From: Patescibacteria group bacterium UBA6201
GTDB lineage: Bacteria > Patescibacteriota > Minisyncoccia > Phycocordibacterales > UBA918
Assembly: GCA_002422025.1 (NCBI GenBank)
Contig: DISV01000004.1
Coordinates: 102,578-166,577 of the forward strand
Direction: 5' to 3'
DNA: 64,000 nt
How positions within the stretch are numbered: position 1 is the stretch's first letter; every line of letters starts with the position of its first letter. Position numbers and translations under genes: made by a program. The notes beneath the pieces are model-generated. The model had not been told where the DNA came from. It saw only the letters and a list, made by a program, of their open reading frames with translations, and searched no databases. This document shows, in pieces, positions 11,080-21,262 of the stretch.

Positions 11080-11736
11080 TTAGTACTCGATGGTGATTTC
11101 GCGTTGGATAGTAAAGATAGAATCCAACTGATCACAAGGACGATTGTAGCCTCTAGCAAACACTACAGTGCAGATAGTTCCTGCTGTACATTCAATTGTG
11201 CCTAAACCTTCACCAGTGAGATTATAAGTAAGATCAGTAGTGGCCTCACGTAAGTCAGCAATATAAAGACTCGGTTCTGCACATTTGGCGCCATTGAGTG
11301 TGTATTGATATTTATAGTTATACAAAAGCTGACCACTACTGTTGAATAAAGTTGTGGCCTGTACTCCGGGAGGATTATTCGGATTCACTCCAGCACAAGC
11401 TAGCGATGGTGGCTGTGCCCCACCTTCCTTAAGTAACGCGCTCTTAGTAGTGGGCTGCGCTCGATGGTAACGCATACACTCAAGTCCAATCTGGGCAGAT
11501 TGAAATGATTTTTCTGATTCAATAGCAGTTACCGCCAAAAGATATTGTTTAGTGGTAACAAAAAGTAGCGACAAACCGATAGCCAATACCACACTCACAA
11601 CCACTAAAGTGATGAGTAGGGCGAAACCTTGGTTAGCTTTCGGGGCCGCTTCGCGTCCGGACGCATAAAATTGCCAAACGATTTTACGCAAACGGGTAAC
11701 TAAAAGTTTAAAACTAAAAACTGATTTAAGGTTCAT
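11080..11736 (-). CDS. Minor pseudopilin-like protein (prepilin-type N-terminus without Glu5)
   Basis: ANQGFALLITLVVVSVVLAIG hydrophobic N-terminal helix; last gene of the pseudopilin run. Confidence 0.45.
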   Translation of the reverse strand: MNLKSVFSFKLLVTRLRKIVWQFYASGREAAPKANQGFALLITLVVVSVVLAIGLSLLFVTTKQYLLAVTAIESEKSFQSAQIGLECMRYHRAQPTTKSALLKEGGAQPPSLACAGVNPNNPPGVQATTLFNSSGQLLYNYKYQYTLNGAKCAEPSLYIADLREATTDLTYNLTGEGLGTIECTAGTICTVVFARGYNRPCDQLDSIFTIQREITIEY

Positions 11737-12400
11737 AATACGTATTATAGATATAGCTTTCGAGTACCACACTATCAGAAGGACCATCGCCCCAAGACAC
11801 TTCTGACTGTACCCTCGCCAACGAATTATCTACAGAGATAGAGAGTTCACGTGTGTAGGCAGTAGCTGTTCCGCCGGAAGCACGTTGCTTAAGTGGAACA
11901 CGAGCGCCACTATGTTCGTTGATAACACAGTTACTACCACTACAACGATAAAAACTACTAGTTGTAACAGAGCCGTCTTCTGCGATTTGTACCCCACAAC
12001 GATTTGTACCTCCTACGGGACATAATGAAGCTATGGTGGTCATATTATTCCAAACCTCACCCAGGTTACTATATGTGCTTGCGTCCAACGCATCGTCCTC
12101 ACGTAACTTAACCAAGGCCTCAATACCCTCTTGTGCTAAAAAGACTGCCAAGGTGTTATCTTTTGATTGATTAGCTCTTTTGAGTCCAGAATGTGCGATA
12201 GTGAGCGGACCAACCAGTGCGATTAAGAGTACCGTAATAGCCACTAACACCTCAACGAGAGAATAACCTCTGTGGTGGTTAAGGGTTAGAAGTTTAGGGT
12301 CTAGTGATGCTTTGCCTCTAGACGCAGACACGAAAAATCGCAAAGCTATTTTTCTTAAGCTCTGTACTAGGTACTGCGTGTTGTGTACTAACATAATCAT
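11726..12400 (-). CDS. Type IV pseudopilin (prepilin N-terminal cleavage/methylation domain)
   Basis: RGYSLVEVLVAITVLLIAL class-III signal motif after a long leader. Confidence 0.6.
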   Translation of the reverse strand: MIMLVHNTQYLVQSLRKIALRFFVSASRGKASLDPKLLTLNHHRGYSLVEVLVAITVLLIALVGPLTIAHSGLKRANQSKDNTLAVFLAQEGIEALVKLREDDALDASTYSNLGEVWNNMTTIASLCPVGGTNRCGVQIAEDGSVTTSSFYRCSGSNCVINEHSGARVPLKQRASGGTATAYTRELSISVDNSLARVQSEVSWGDGPSDSVVLESYIYNTYYEP

Positions 12401-13086
12401 AAATCAAGTACGCGCTTAGTGACGGTTGTCTGTATCATAAATGCCGACCCGGTATTATTTACGCCCACCACCTCTCCCTCGATGAAGATTGTGACATTCG
12501 GTTGGAATAGATTGATGTCGTCTTCCTTACTAGCAGTATTTGACACATTAAAGTGCATAGCGGTGATATCGATGGTCGGATTAGTTAGACGAACCCACGA
12601 ACCAGTACCAACCTTACGCTCAATGGAGCCATCGGTAGAATTATGACGGTAAGCTATACGCCGATTATCCGATCCTGCGGTCAAACTTTTACCTCCTTCG
12701 ATTATAGACAAGTATGACCCTTTATTACAATCTTGATGAATCGTAACATTGCCTGTTGTCTCTGTGCCATTCGAACAATAATAAGCGAAGCCGGTCCTAA
12801 TCTCGCGAGTCATACTGTCTAGGGCAAATTGGATGTTACTAACTGACTCTTGAGTATTTTGTGCTTTAGCATTAGCGTTGATTAAGACCATCAAAGCACC
12901 GATACCCATAGTAAGAACAACTACAAAAAGGGCCATTGAAACCAGAAGTTCAATTAAGGAGAAACCACTGTTAGTACGCAGTACACGGGACGCGGGACGC
13001 AGGAACGTATTGTGTCGAGAAGCAGAAAATCGCGAAGCGATTTTCTGCTTCTCGTGTTCTGCTTGCTGTGTACTGTGTACTAACAT
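12397..13086 (-). CDS. Type IV pseudopilin
   Basis: NSGFSLIELLVSMALFVVVL prepilin motif (G|FSLIE). Confidence 0.65.
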   Translation of the reverse strand: MLVHSTQQAEHEKQKIASRFSASRHNTFLRPASRVLRTNSGFSLIELLVSMALFVVVLTMGIGALMVLINANAKAQNTQESVSNIQFALDSMTREIRTGFAYYCSNGTETTGNVTIHQDCNKGSYLSIIEGGKSLTAGSDNRRIAYRHNSTDGSIERKVGTGSWVRLTNPTIDITAMHFNVSNTASKEDDINLFQPNVTIFIEGEVVGVNNTGSAFMIQTTVTKRVLDL

Positions 13087-13088
13087 AA

Positions 13089-13733
13089 TTATTCAACAGT
13101 TATCTGACCGGCCGCATTTATTCTTATCAATCGACTACCAGTATCATTTAAGGTAGCCACTCCTACAGCACCGTCTGAGACGGTACCGTTATTTATTACA
13201 GCATCAAAATTTGGTCGCTGAAATGTAATGGACATGGTACTTAAACTGCAGTTTATACCGCTACATAACTGATTAATAGCAAAGCGTGAATCCAGTCTCC
13301 TCGTTTCCAATTCTTCGCCGGCAGTATAATAGCCATTTTCATTACTATCACGAAAAATTATGTAGCTACCCGGCTCCGCCGTGGCAAAATATATTCCATA
13401 TGGACGTCGGAACTCGCTACTGCTTCCCGTGGCCGAGAGAGAACGCGTTTGTATCTCTCGAAGTTCTAGCGCGATTTGAAAGGCTTGGTTTTTAAGGAGA
13501 ATCAAGTTATTGAACGCTCCATATCGCAGAGTAACAATACCAGTAATTAAACCGATGATTGCAGCAGTAATTAAGACCTCGAGTAAAGAGAAACCCTTAC
13601 TGGGACACGGTACGCAGCCCATGGTAGATAGTGTGCAAGACGCTTCTCGTCCAGCGACAGAAAATCGCTTCGCTCTTTTCTGTCTTTTAGATGCTAATAG
13701 ATATAGCCTCAATGAAAGTAAGAATGTTGGCAT
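13089..13733 (-). CDS. Type IV pseudopilin (start may be the internal Met at 13622)
   Basis: MGCVPCPSKGFSLLEVLITAAIIGLI prepilin motif. Confidence 0.6.
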   Translation of the reverse strand: MPTFLLSLRLYLLASKRQKRAKRFSVAGREASCTLSTMGCVPCPSKGFSLLEVLITAAIIGLITGIVTLRYGAFNNLILLKNQAFQIALELREIQTRSLSATGSSSEFRRPYGIYFATAEPGSYIIFRDSNENGYYTAGEELETRRLDSRFAINQLCSGINCSLSTMSITFQRPNFDAVINNGTVSDGAVGVATLNDTGSRLIRINAAGQITVE

Positions 13734-14508
13734 TAAAAAAGTAAACCATTACAAACGCAAGAATTAGGAATGGCGCGAACGGAACTTCACTTTTCATCTT
13801 AACACGTTGAGTGGAGCCAAAACCGAGGTACTTGTGTAGATTCACTTTCTGAAAGAGGATGATTGAAACACTAATAAGGGCGCCAATCCAGAACGACCAC
13901 ACTACCAATGAAAACACGCCATTCATTCCAACCAATAAACCGAGACTAACCGCCAACTTAGCATCCCCCAAGCCTAACCATCGCCCACTTGAGAACCACC
14001 ATAGCGAGAAAAAAAAGAAAAAAGCGATAAAGGCTGAAAGTAGCGCAGAACCAAGTCCGCTAATGTCGTTGGCAAACCAAGATTCATAACCGACAATGAA
14101 TAAAGCTAAGATAGCCAGACTAAGCGACAGTTCATCGGGAATGATCATGTGATAAAGGTCATAGACCAACACAACCACCAATATAGACATAAAGGCCGTA
14201 AGAAATACAAAAATGCCAATATCTGAAGTGTTGAAGTAAGCTAAGAGAAAAGTAATTGCTGTCAGCACCTCAACTAACGCATAACGGTATGGGATGAATG
14301 ATTGACACGAGCGACAACGACCCCTAAGGACTAGGTATGAAAAGAGCGGAAATAACTCATACCATTTAAGAGTAGTCCCACAAGACAGACAGTGGGAACG
14401 GTCGTTTAGCGAACGGTTAGTATGAAAACGGTAAATAACAACGTTTAGAAAGCTACCAATAATGAGACCAAACAAAGCCACCACAAAAATAAAAAACCAT
14501 TCTGGCAT
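13687..14508 (-). CDS. pilD: Prepilin peptidase / N-methyltransferase (A24 family)
   Basis: N-terminal CxxC..CRSC zinc motif and polytopic membrane domain. Confidence 0.85.
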   Translation of the reverse strand: MPEWFFIFVVALFGLIIGSFLNVVIYRFHTNRSLNDRSHCLSCGTTLKWYELFPLFSYLVLRGRCRSCQSFIPYRYALVEVLTAITFLLAYFNTSDIGIFVFLTAFMSILVVVLVYDLYHMIIPDELSLSLAILALFIVGYESWFANDISGLGSALLSAFIAFFFFFSLWWFSSGRWLGLGDAKLAVSLGLLVGMNGVFSLVVWSFWIGALISVSIILFQKVNLHKYLGFGSTQRVKMKSEVPFAPFLILAFVMVYFFNANILTFIEAISISI

Positions 14509-14790
14509 AAACTAAGTATAACTCCAGACACCAGTCCTGCCGTGATTTTGCGTGGATAGACCAAAGGAAGACGCTAATTTCAATCTACAGACTAACAAGG
14601 CTCTCCGTACTTAAGAATGACAAAACCATAGCAACAGTAGGACTAGTGTGAGGGTAAGCCCCACACCCACTTTTTTCAGTAACTTCTTACACATCTTTCA
14701 TGTAGCCAAAGAAGTCACGGGTAAATTTAAAAACTAATCATAAAACACCCCACTAGGTGGGGTGTTTTATGAAATTGTACAAAATGCAAT

Positions 14791-15210
14791 CTAAGAAGCT
14801 GGACAAGCAGTTCCAGCGCCGAGTGCGCTTGTAACTATTCGAGCGACACCAGTACTATCAACACAATAATATTGTGCAGTGTTAGACATTAGTTGAGCGG
14901 ACATGGCCCAAACCAACGGAGTATCGTTACAATCAACAACTGCACTGCCAGAGGTACCAGCTGCTACTTTCATAGTAGTGATGCCGGTAGTTGCGGTGCA
15001 TACACCGTCGTAAGAACGACTATTGTCGTCATAGTAAAGTTCAGCTTGAGCCCGAGAATTGTTAAGGTTTGATTTGATAGCAGCATCTGCTCCCTTATCA
15101 CGAGCGCTATTAAGTGATGCCAACACCACTGAGGCCAAGATACCGATGATGGCAATGACCACGAGGAGCTCGATGAGGGTAAAGCCGCGGCTAGATGTTT
15201 GTTTAATCAT
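14791..15210 (-). CDS. pilA: Type IVa major pilin paralogue 1
   Basis: Leader MIKQTSSRG|FTLIELLVVIAIIGILASVV; first about 120 nt of the mature region are identical to the next gene. Confidence 0.8.
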   Translation of the reverse strand: MIKQTSSRGFTLIELLVVIAIIGILASVVLASLNSARDKGADAAIKSNLNNSRAQAELYYDDNSRSYDGVCTATTGITTMKVAAGTSGSAVVDCNDTPLVWAMSAQLMSNTAQYYCVDSTGVARIVTSALGAGTACPAS

Positions 15211-15347
15211 AAAATGTAAAATAATTTTCCTTACGTTCATTTTACACCCTACACTGTGAAACATTTGAATGTGTGTGAATAACTAGGAACAAAAAAACAG
15301 CAAGCAATCAAGCTCACTGTTTTTTCCTAAACTAAACTCCTAACTAG

Positions 15348-15743
15348 TTAAGGACAAGTTGTAGCTCCTGTAGTAACTGACGCTGTAGCGGTAGTAGTAG
15401 CGGTTCCAGTTGAGTCTACACAGTATGTGGAAGTAGTAGCGCTCGAGAGAGAAGCAAAAGCTGCCCATACGTCTGCCGTATCATTACATTCACCACCAGC
15501 TGCGCTTACACCTTGTGCAACGTTAGAATCAGCACAAACATTTAAATAACTACCGTTATCATCGTAAAACAATTCAGCTTGCGCACGAATGTTATTAAGG
15601 TTGGACTTGATAGCGGCGTCCTCTCCCTTGTCGCGAGCGCTATTAAGTGATGCCAACACCACTGAGGCCAAGATACCGATGATGGCAATGACCACGAGGA
15701 GCTCGATGAGGGTGAAACCTCTTTTAAGTGTGTTCTTAATCAT
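15348..15743 (-). CDS. pilA: Type IVa major pilin paralogue 2
   Basis: Leader MIKNTLKRG|FTLIELLVVIAIIGILASVVLASLNSARDKG; Thr/Ala-rich variable C-terminus. Confidence 0.85.
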   Translation of the reverse strand: MIKNTLKRGFTLIELLVVIAIIGILASVVLASLNSARDKGEDAAIKSNLNNIRAQAELFYDDNGSYLNVCADSNVAQGVSAAGGECNDTADVWAAFASLSSATTSTYCVDSTGTATTTATASVTTGATTCP

Positions 15744-15949
15744 ATAACTAATTACTTTATAACTTACCTGCTCCAGACATCAGCTGCGTGTCTTGAACAG
15801 GACATCCGTTTAATGGATACTATCAATTCTATAGTTATTCTTGGCCACTTAGATAAATGAGTGTGGATAAGACCAGTTTTTTAATCAAGATACTTTTGAT
15901 TGGGGCCTAATTTTTTAGACTTAAAAAATTAGGTGGAGCTATGTTTAAC

Positions 15950-16081
15950 TTAAGTTATCTAACAGAGGATTTTTGGATGCAGTTATGCCAGCTGGAGGGA
16001 GTTTCGTGCGGAAGACGTATACGGACATACGACGACCAAACGAAGCGACTGAAGCTGGTGTAAATGCACCAAAAATACCTG
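15950..16081. repeat. Intergenic dispersed repeat (Q family)
   Basis: ggatgcagtt...gctggagggag...gtatacggacatacgacgaccaaacgaagcgactgaagc matches copies at 59885-60017 and 62078-62198. Confidence 0.5.
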
Positions 16082-17290
16082 TTAGATAGCGGCGGTCATA
16101 TTGTAGATAGGCATCAAGACAGATGCCAACAAAGTACCCACACCAACACCCAAGAGAACAATCATCACTGGCTCAATCAGTCCAATCAGGGTATCAACAG
16201 CGTTATTCACCTCACGTACATAGAAGGTAGCCAACGTCTTCATAATCTCCGAAAGATTACCGGTCTCTTCTCCGACCTTAGCCATCTGAGAAAGCACACC
16301 AGGAATCTCTGGATACTCAGAAATCGCATCAGCAAACGACCGGCCACCTTTTACTTCCACTAAAGTGTTCTGTAGAATTTCTTTAAAGACTGCATTATCT
16401 ACCACTTCAGCCGTTACCTCGAGTGCCTGCACCATGGAGATTCCACTTTGGAGCATCGTGGCCAAGTTGTCACAGATGCGGGCTAGGTAAAGCTTTTGAT
16501 AAAGATCTCCTATGTAAGGCAGGGTGATTTTCAACTCATCGAAGGCCCTTTGTCCGACTGGAGTCTTTAAGAAACGCCACAGAAATACTCCACCAATAGA
16601 AGCTAGTGCCAGCATTACTCCTATGTAATCAGTAAGGACAGTTGAAATGGCTATAACGATTTTGGTATAGATAGGTAGTTCCTGACCGGAGTCAATGAGA
16701 ATTTGACTAATACGTGGAATCACCATCGTAAGCATAAGTCCCATCACGAGGATGAATACTCCAACAACAAAGGCTGGGTAAACAAGAGCATTTTTAGCTT
16801 TAGTTACTACCTGGTAAGTACGGTCTAGGTAATCTGCCAAATAACCGAACGACTGTTCTAAAGAACCAGATTCTTCTCCGGCCCTAATCATATTTATATA
16901 GAAATCACTAAAGACATCAGGGTGTGCGGATAGAGAACGTGAGATTGAACTACCAGCCTGCAAATCATCAGCAATATCATTCAACACCATCTGCATCTGT
17001 GGATTTTCCGCCTCAGTACCCAATAGGCGAAATATGCGGAGTGCCGATACCTGAGCATCAAAAAGAGTGGCGAGCTGGCGAGAAAGTATAACTACTTCCT
17101 TGTTTGATATTCTTTGAAACCAAGTAATTTTAAAATTTAAAAGCTGTTGCTTTTCCTCTACCGGATCAATCGATATGACTGTATAACCGCGTTTTTGTAC
17201 GGTCGCAATGGCCGCATCGATATTACCAGCTTCGACAATACCTTCGCGTTTAACGTTAGTTTGATCAATGGCCTTATAAGAAAACAACAT
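16082..17290 (-). CDS. pilC: Type IV pilus platform protein PilC (GspF family)
   Basis: 402 aa, two T2SS-F repeats, three TM segments. Confidence 0.9.
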   Translation of the reverse strand: MLFSYKAIDQTNVKREGIVEAGNIDAAIATVQKRGYTVISIDPVEEKQQLLNFKITWFQRISNKEVVILSRQLATLFDAQVSALRIFRLLGTEAENPQMQMVLNDIADDLQAGSSISRSLSAHPDVFSDFYINMIRAGEESGSLEQSFGYLADYLDRTYQVVTKAKNALVYPAFVVGVFILVMGLMLTMVIPRISQILIDSGQELPIYTKIVIAISTVLTDYIGVMLALASIGGVFLWRFLKTPVGQRAFDELKITLPYIGDLYQKLYLARICDNLATMLQSGISMVQALEVTAEVVDNAVFKEILQNTLVEVKGGRSFADAISEYPEIPGVLSQMAKVGEETGNLSEIMKTLATFYVREVNNAVDTLIGLIEPVMIVLLGVGVGTLLASVLMPIYNMTAAI

Positions 17291-17577
17291 AGATATAGTT
17301 TAAAGTTAAAAGCTGAAAGTTGAAAGGCGTGGAGCTGTGTTTAACTTTGCCGTATCCTAACCGAAGATTTTTAGACGCAGTTGCACCAGTGCGAGGTAGT
17401 TTAGGGAGGAAGACGTGAGGTGTGGATACATTTAACAATTTGGATTGTTAAACTTTTTAAATTGGAGGAAATTCGACGGTTTGCAGGAGTTTTTGTGACC
17501 AAGGCGTAGATTGACCTACGGTGCGGGAGCAAAAACTTCGAAAACCTAGGATTTACCCAATTTTGGAAGTTTAGGAT
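17291..17577. repeat. Composite dispersed repeat (Q plus R modules) filling the pilC-pilT spacer
   Basis: gtgaccaaggcgtagattgacctacggtgcggg...cctaggatttaccc is near-identical to 54120-54215 and 51100-51160. Confidence 0.55.
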
Positions 17578-18648
17578 TTATATGAGGCGCTCTAATCCTT
17601 TAGGATTAACCGAGTAAGCAAAAGCATTCTCAACTGTAATCTCGCCCTTCTTAACTAACTCAACTAACGACCGGTTCATATCAATCATTCCGTGCTCAAG
17701 ACCAGTTTCAATCACCGTTTGTACTTCATGGGTACGCCGTTCACGAATCAGGTTAGAAACTGCACTGTTGTTGATTAAAAGTTCATAAGTAGGAATCAAT
17801 CCACCTTGAATACGAGGAATCAAACGTTGTGAAAAGATACCAGTAAGCGACCCTGCCAACTGCACACGTATCTGATCCTGCTGACCAGCTGGGAAACTAT
17901 CAATAATACGATCAATCGTTTGAGCAGCATTGTTGGTATGGAGGGTTGAAAATACCAAGTGTCCAGTCTCAGCAGCAGTCACCGCTGTCGAAATCGTCGC
18001 TGGATTACGCATTTCTCCCACTAAAATAACGTCGATGTCCTGACGAAAAACAGCATTAAGACCAGAAGCAAAATCGACAGTATCGGTACCGACCTCACGT
18101 TGCTCGATTAGAGCTTGGTCAGCTGTATAAACATATTCAATCGGATCTTCAATAGTCACAATGTGATCAGGACGACTCTTATTAATCATCTGAATCATCG
18201 ACGCTAGAGTAGTAGACTTACCTTGTCCGACCGGACCCACACAAAGAAAGAATCCTTGTGGTCTTTCGGTAAAACTCGCTAATATTGGTGGCAAATTTAA
18301 CTCTTCTAAGGACTTGATATCGTTTGGAATATGACGGAGTGCAATAGCTGGAGTACCCTGCTGATGATAAGCATTGCCACGGAAACGCACACCGTCTGAA
18401 GCAGCAAAAGAAAAGTCTACCTCTTTGGTTGCTGTAAAGTTAGTCTGCTTTTGCTCTGTCAACAAGATTCCACAAAAACCCATCACGTCTTCAGAGGTTA
18501 AAACTGGCTTCTTTACCAAAGGCACCAAGGAACCCATTACTCTAACCGCAGGATGTGTTCCAACTGACAAGTGTATGTCAGAACCCTTTTCAGACACCAC
18601 TATATCTATTAAATCTGTTAATTCTCTTCTGTAATCTACATTGGCCAT
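17578..18648 (-). CDS. pilT: Twitching-motility retraction ATPase PilT
   Basis: Walker A GPVGQGKSTT, PilT/PilU-type AAA+ domain, 356 aa. Confidence 0.9.
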   Translation of the reverse strand: MANVDYRRELTDLIDIVVSEKGSDIHLSVGTHPAVRVMGSLVPLVKKPVLTSEDVMGFCGILLTEQKQTNFTATKEVDFSFAASDGVRFRGNAYHQQGTPAIALRHIPNDIKSLEELNLPPILASFTERPQGFFLCVGPVGQGKSTTLASMIQMINKSRPDHIVTIEDPIEYVYTADQALIEQREVGTDTVDFASGLNAVFRQDIDVILVGEMRNPATISTAVTAAETGHLVFSTLHTNNAAQTIDRIIDSFPAGQQDQIRVQLAGSLTGIFSQRLIPRIQGGLIPTYELLINNSAVSNLIRERRTHEVQTVIETGLEHGMIDMNRSLVELVKKGEITVENAFAYSVNPKGLERLI

Positions 18649-18699
18649 AATTTAAATTTAAAGTTGAAAAGTCATTTTCATTTCCAAGCGAGTGCCGAA

Positions 18700-18780
18700 A
18701 GAAAGATTCTCTCACTTTCAAGCGATGCGAATAAAATGAAAGCTTGCTTGCATTTTTGAGTGAGTGAAGAAAGCAAGATT
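18700..18780. promoter_or_regulatory. Two direct repeats AAGATTCTCT(C/T)ACTT upstream of pilT
   Basis: gaaagaaagattctctcactt at about 18705 and gaagaaagcaagattctcttactt at about 18762. Confidence 0.25.
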
Positions 18781-18783
18781 CTC

Positions 18784-19146
18784 TTACTTACATAACTCCT
18801 CTACTCGCTTCACCACCTCACTTGGTATTACCTCGGCTTTAATAATGTAACCCACGGCCATAGCTTCCTTGGCTGCCGACTGGTCGGAGGCCTCACTTTG
18901 ATTAGATAGTACAATGTATTTAGTGTCCCCCGCCAAACCCAGTTTTTTAATCTCTTCCAAAAGCTCAAGTCCACTCATTCCTGGCATTATCATATCCAGC
19001 AAAACAACGTCGTAGTCGGCTTCCTTGATGTGCCGCAGCGCCTCGATCGCGTCTGTAGCGACGTCGACCTGGTGACCAGATTCAATGAATTTGGTAGCGT
19101 ACATATCTCTAAGAAAAGCATCGTCATCTACCAATAAGACTTTCAT
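18784..19146 (-). CDS. Single-domain CheY-like response regulator
   Basis: MKVLLVDDD...DVVLLDMIMPGMSGLELL receiver domain, 120 aa. Confidence 0.8.
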   Translation of the reverse strand: MKVLLVDDDAFLRDMYATKFIESGHQVDVATDAIEALRHIKEADYDVVLLDMIMPGMSGLELLEEIKKLGLAGDTKYIVLSNQSEASDQSAAKEAMAVGYIIKAEVIPSEVVKRVEELCK

Positions 19147-19327
19147 CCCGTTATAAATAAGACGCGAACACGGATGCCCTCGTACCTATGCTTAAAAGGC
19201 TACTAATGTGATTTCGACCACAAATTTCAATACCAAATGATGTGTGTCCGCTATTTCTTACGGGATTCATACGACCTCATTATACAACACACCATTTAAT
19301 TCTGATTGTTAGGTGGGTATAGCAAGA

Positions 19328-21226
19328 TTATTGTTCCTCATCTAAATCAATATCCTTAGACTCACCTTTAGTTGGCATCGGCGCCACTTGTTCTCCCAGC
19401 TCTGTCGGTAGTGCGGTATCTTCGGGTAAAAAATCTTTATCAGTTGCGGTTTCAGCACCTATTTTGGTACCAAAGGTATTAACCTCTTCATAAGGAATAT
19501 CACCTTGAAGGGCTTTCAAAATAGCGTCTTCTTTCATACTCATAAAACCCTTAGCTCGAGCCACATTATAAATCTCCTCTTCACTCCCCTCTCGCAAAAT
19601 AAGATTTTGTATGTCTTGGTCGATTTCCAACACCTCCATCACAGCGATACGTCCCTTAGTACCAGATGCGCAACCAGGAACAGGTACAGCATGATAAATA
19701 TTTTCAAAGGGAGGAAGGCGGTCACTGTAAGCTGCAGGCAAACTTTCAAACTCCTTGGCAAACATCTGCTTAGTACTTTCGTCTATAGGAGTAGCCTGAC
19801 CTGGCTTACAAAGACGTCTAGACAGACGTTGCGCAATTGCTAGTTTCAGAGTCGGTGCAATCAGATATGGGTCCACACCCATATCAATAAGACGCGGCAC
19901 TACTCCAATTGCATTGTTGGTGTGGATAGTGGAAAGTACCAAGTGACCAGTAAGGGCTGCCTGAATAGCCAACTGGGCCGTCTCTTTATCTCGAATCTCT
20001 CCTACCAAGATAACGTCAGGGTCTTGACGGAGTGCAGTTCTAAGACCATTAGCAAAAGTATAGCCAATTTCTGGACGTACTTGTGACTGTGATACACCAT
20101 CAATATTATACTCAATCGGATCTTCAAGTGAGAGAACATTCTTAGTGGCCCTATCCACCTCAGCCAACATAGCGTAAAGAGTGGTTGACTTACCACTACC
20201 GGTCGGACCGGAGATAAGGATAATACCGTATGGTTCATTAATCATTCTGCGGATTGTGGCAAGGTGATTCTTAGACATACCAGTGAGTTCCAAAGTACGG
20301 ATGCCTTTTTCATTATCCAAAATACGCATCACCACCTTTTCTCCGTGGTTGGTAGGAAACGTAGAGACTCGAAAATCAATCTTACGCCCATCGAAGGTAG
20401 CGGAAAACCGCCCATCCTGAGGCTTGCGTCTTTCATCAAGACGCATAGAAGAAAGAATCTTGATACGAGCCACGACAGCAGCCTGCACGTTACGCGGAAG
20501 TTCGATACTAGTTTGCAGGATACCATCAACTCGAAAGCGTACTCGCACCTTTCCGTTAGTCGGCTCAATATGAACGTCAGAGGCTCCCCCATCAACAGCG
20601 TAACGAAGAATAGTTGCGACAATCTTAGTGACTGGTGCGTCTTCTTTGATATGCTCAGTCGACAATTTATCCCCCTCTGCAGACTCGCTCTTTCTTTCTG
20701 CAATTTCTTGGTCAAGCTCACCTTCGAGTGAGGTTAGTGCTTGCCCGACCTCACCAGTGAGATTTTCATAACCGGTCAATAACTTTTGGAGATCTTCTTT
20801 TAATAAAAAAATGAATTTGTAAGGTATACCGTGCTTCGTACTAACGAAGTTCAAAACCTCGCGCAAACGAAAGTCATCGGGATTATTAACACCAACAAGA
20901 AGAGTGTCATTCTCAAGTTTGAGCGGTACAATCTCGTAGTTTTTAGCCGCCTCTACAGGAATAAACTCCAGCACGTTTTGCGGGACAGACTCGTCTTCAG
21001 TCGGAGTATGCGCTGGAATGTTGTAATAACGAGCTAGTCGTTCACGTACCACTTCCTTCGCTACCCCAGCTGACAACAAGGCCTTTTCTGGTGATATTCC
21101 TTGCTCTACCTGCTTACCCACTGTCACCGCTATATCTGGGGTAATAACGCCTTCTTTCTGTAATTCGTTTAAAAAATCCATTTTATGGTTGTTTAGAACA
21201 CGGGAACGTTGTTGTGCCATCTCCAA
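19328..21226 (-). CDS. pilB: Type IV pilus assembly ATPase PilB (GspE family)
   Basis: Walker A GPTGSGKSTT, GspII_E N-terminal domain, tetra-Cys region. Confidence 0.9.
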   Translation of the reverse strand: MEMAQQRSRVLNNHKMDFLNELQKEGVITPDIAVTVGKQVEQGISPEKALLSAGVAKEVVRERLARYYNIPAHTPTEDESVPQNVLEFIPVEAAKNYEIVPLKLENDTLLVGVNNPDDFRLREVLNFVSTKHGIPYKFIFLLKEDLQKLLTGYENLTGEVGQALTSLEGELDQEIAERKSESAEGDKLSTEHIKEDAPVTKIVATILRYAVDGGASDVHIEPTNGKVRVRFRVDGILQTSIELPRNVQAAVVARIKILSSMRLDERRKPQDGRFSATFDGRKIDFRVSTFPTNHGEKVVMRILDNEKGIRTLELTGMSKNHLATIRRMINEPYGIILISGPTGSGKSTTLYAMLAEVDRATKNVLSLEDPIEYNIDGVSQSQVRPEIGYTFANGLRTALRQDPDVILVGEIRDKETAQLAIQAALTGHLVLSTIHTNNAIGVVPRLIDMGVDPYLIAPTLKLAIAQRLSRRLCKPGQATPIDESTKQMFAKEFESLPAAYSDRLPPFENIYHAVPVPGCASGTKGRIAVMEVLEIDQDIQNLILREGSEEEIYNVARAKGFMSMKEDAILKALQGDIPYEEVNTFGTKIGAETATDKDFLPEDTALPTELGEQVAPMPTKGESKDIDLDEEQ

Positions 21227-21262
21227 CTAATCATTTCCGAACACTACCGTCCTGGGTATCAG

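Noticed and set aside
14640-14690. Plus-strand terminator-like hairpin plus T6 in the pilD-pilA spacer, suggesting an antisense or small RNA
   Set aside because: Imperfect stem, no identifiable promoter or transcript, and it overlaps an R-family repeat fragment.
17291-17330. Recurrent taaagttgaaag / ctttcaacttt motif 10-25 nt upstream of several minus-strand starts (pilC, secY, rplO, rplE, ftsE) as an unusual ribosome-binding signal
   Set aside because: It is not complementary to a standard anti-SD, is present at only a minority of starts, and the AT-rich context makes chance matches likely. Unsupported without genome-wide statistics.
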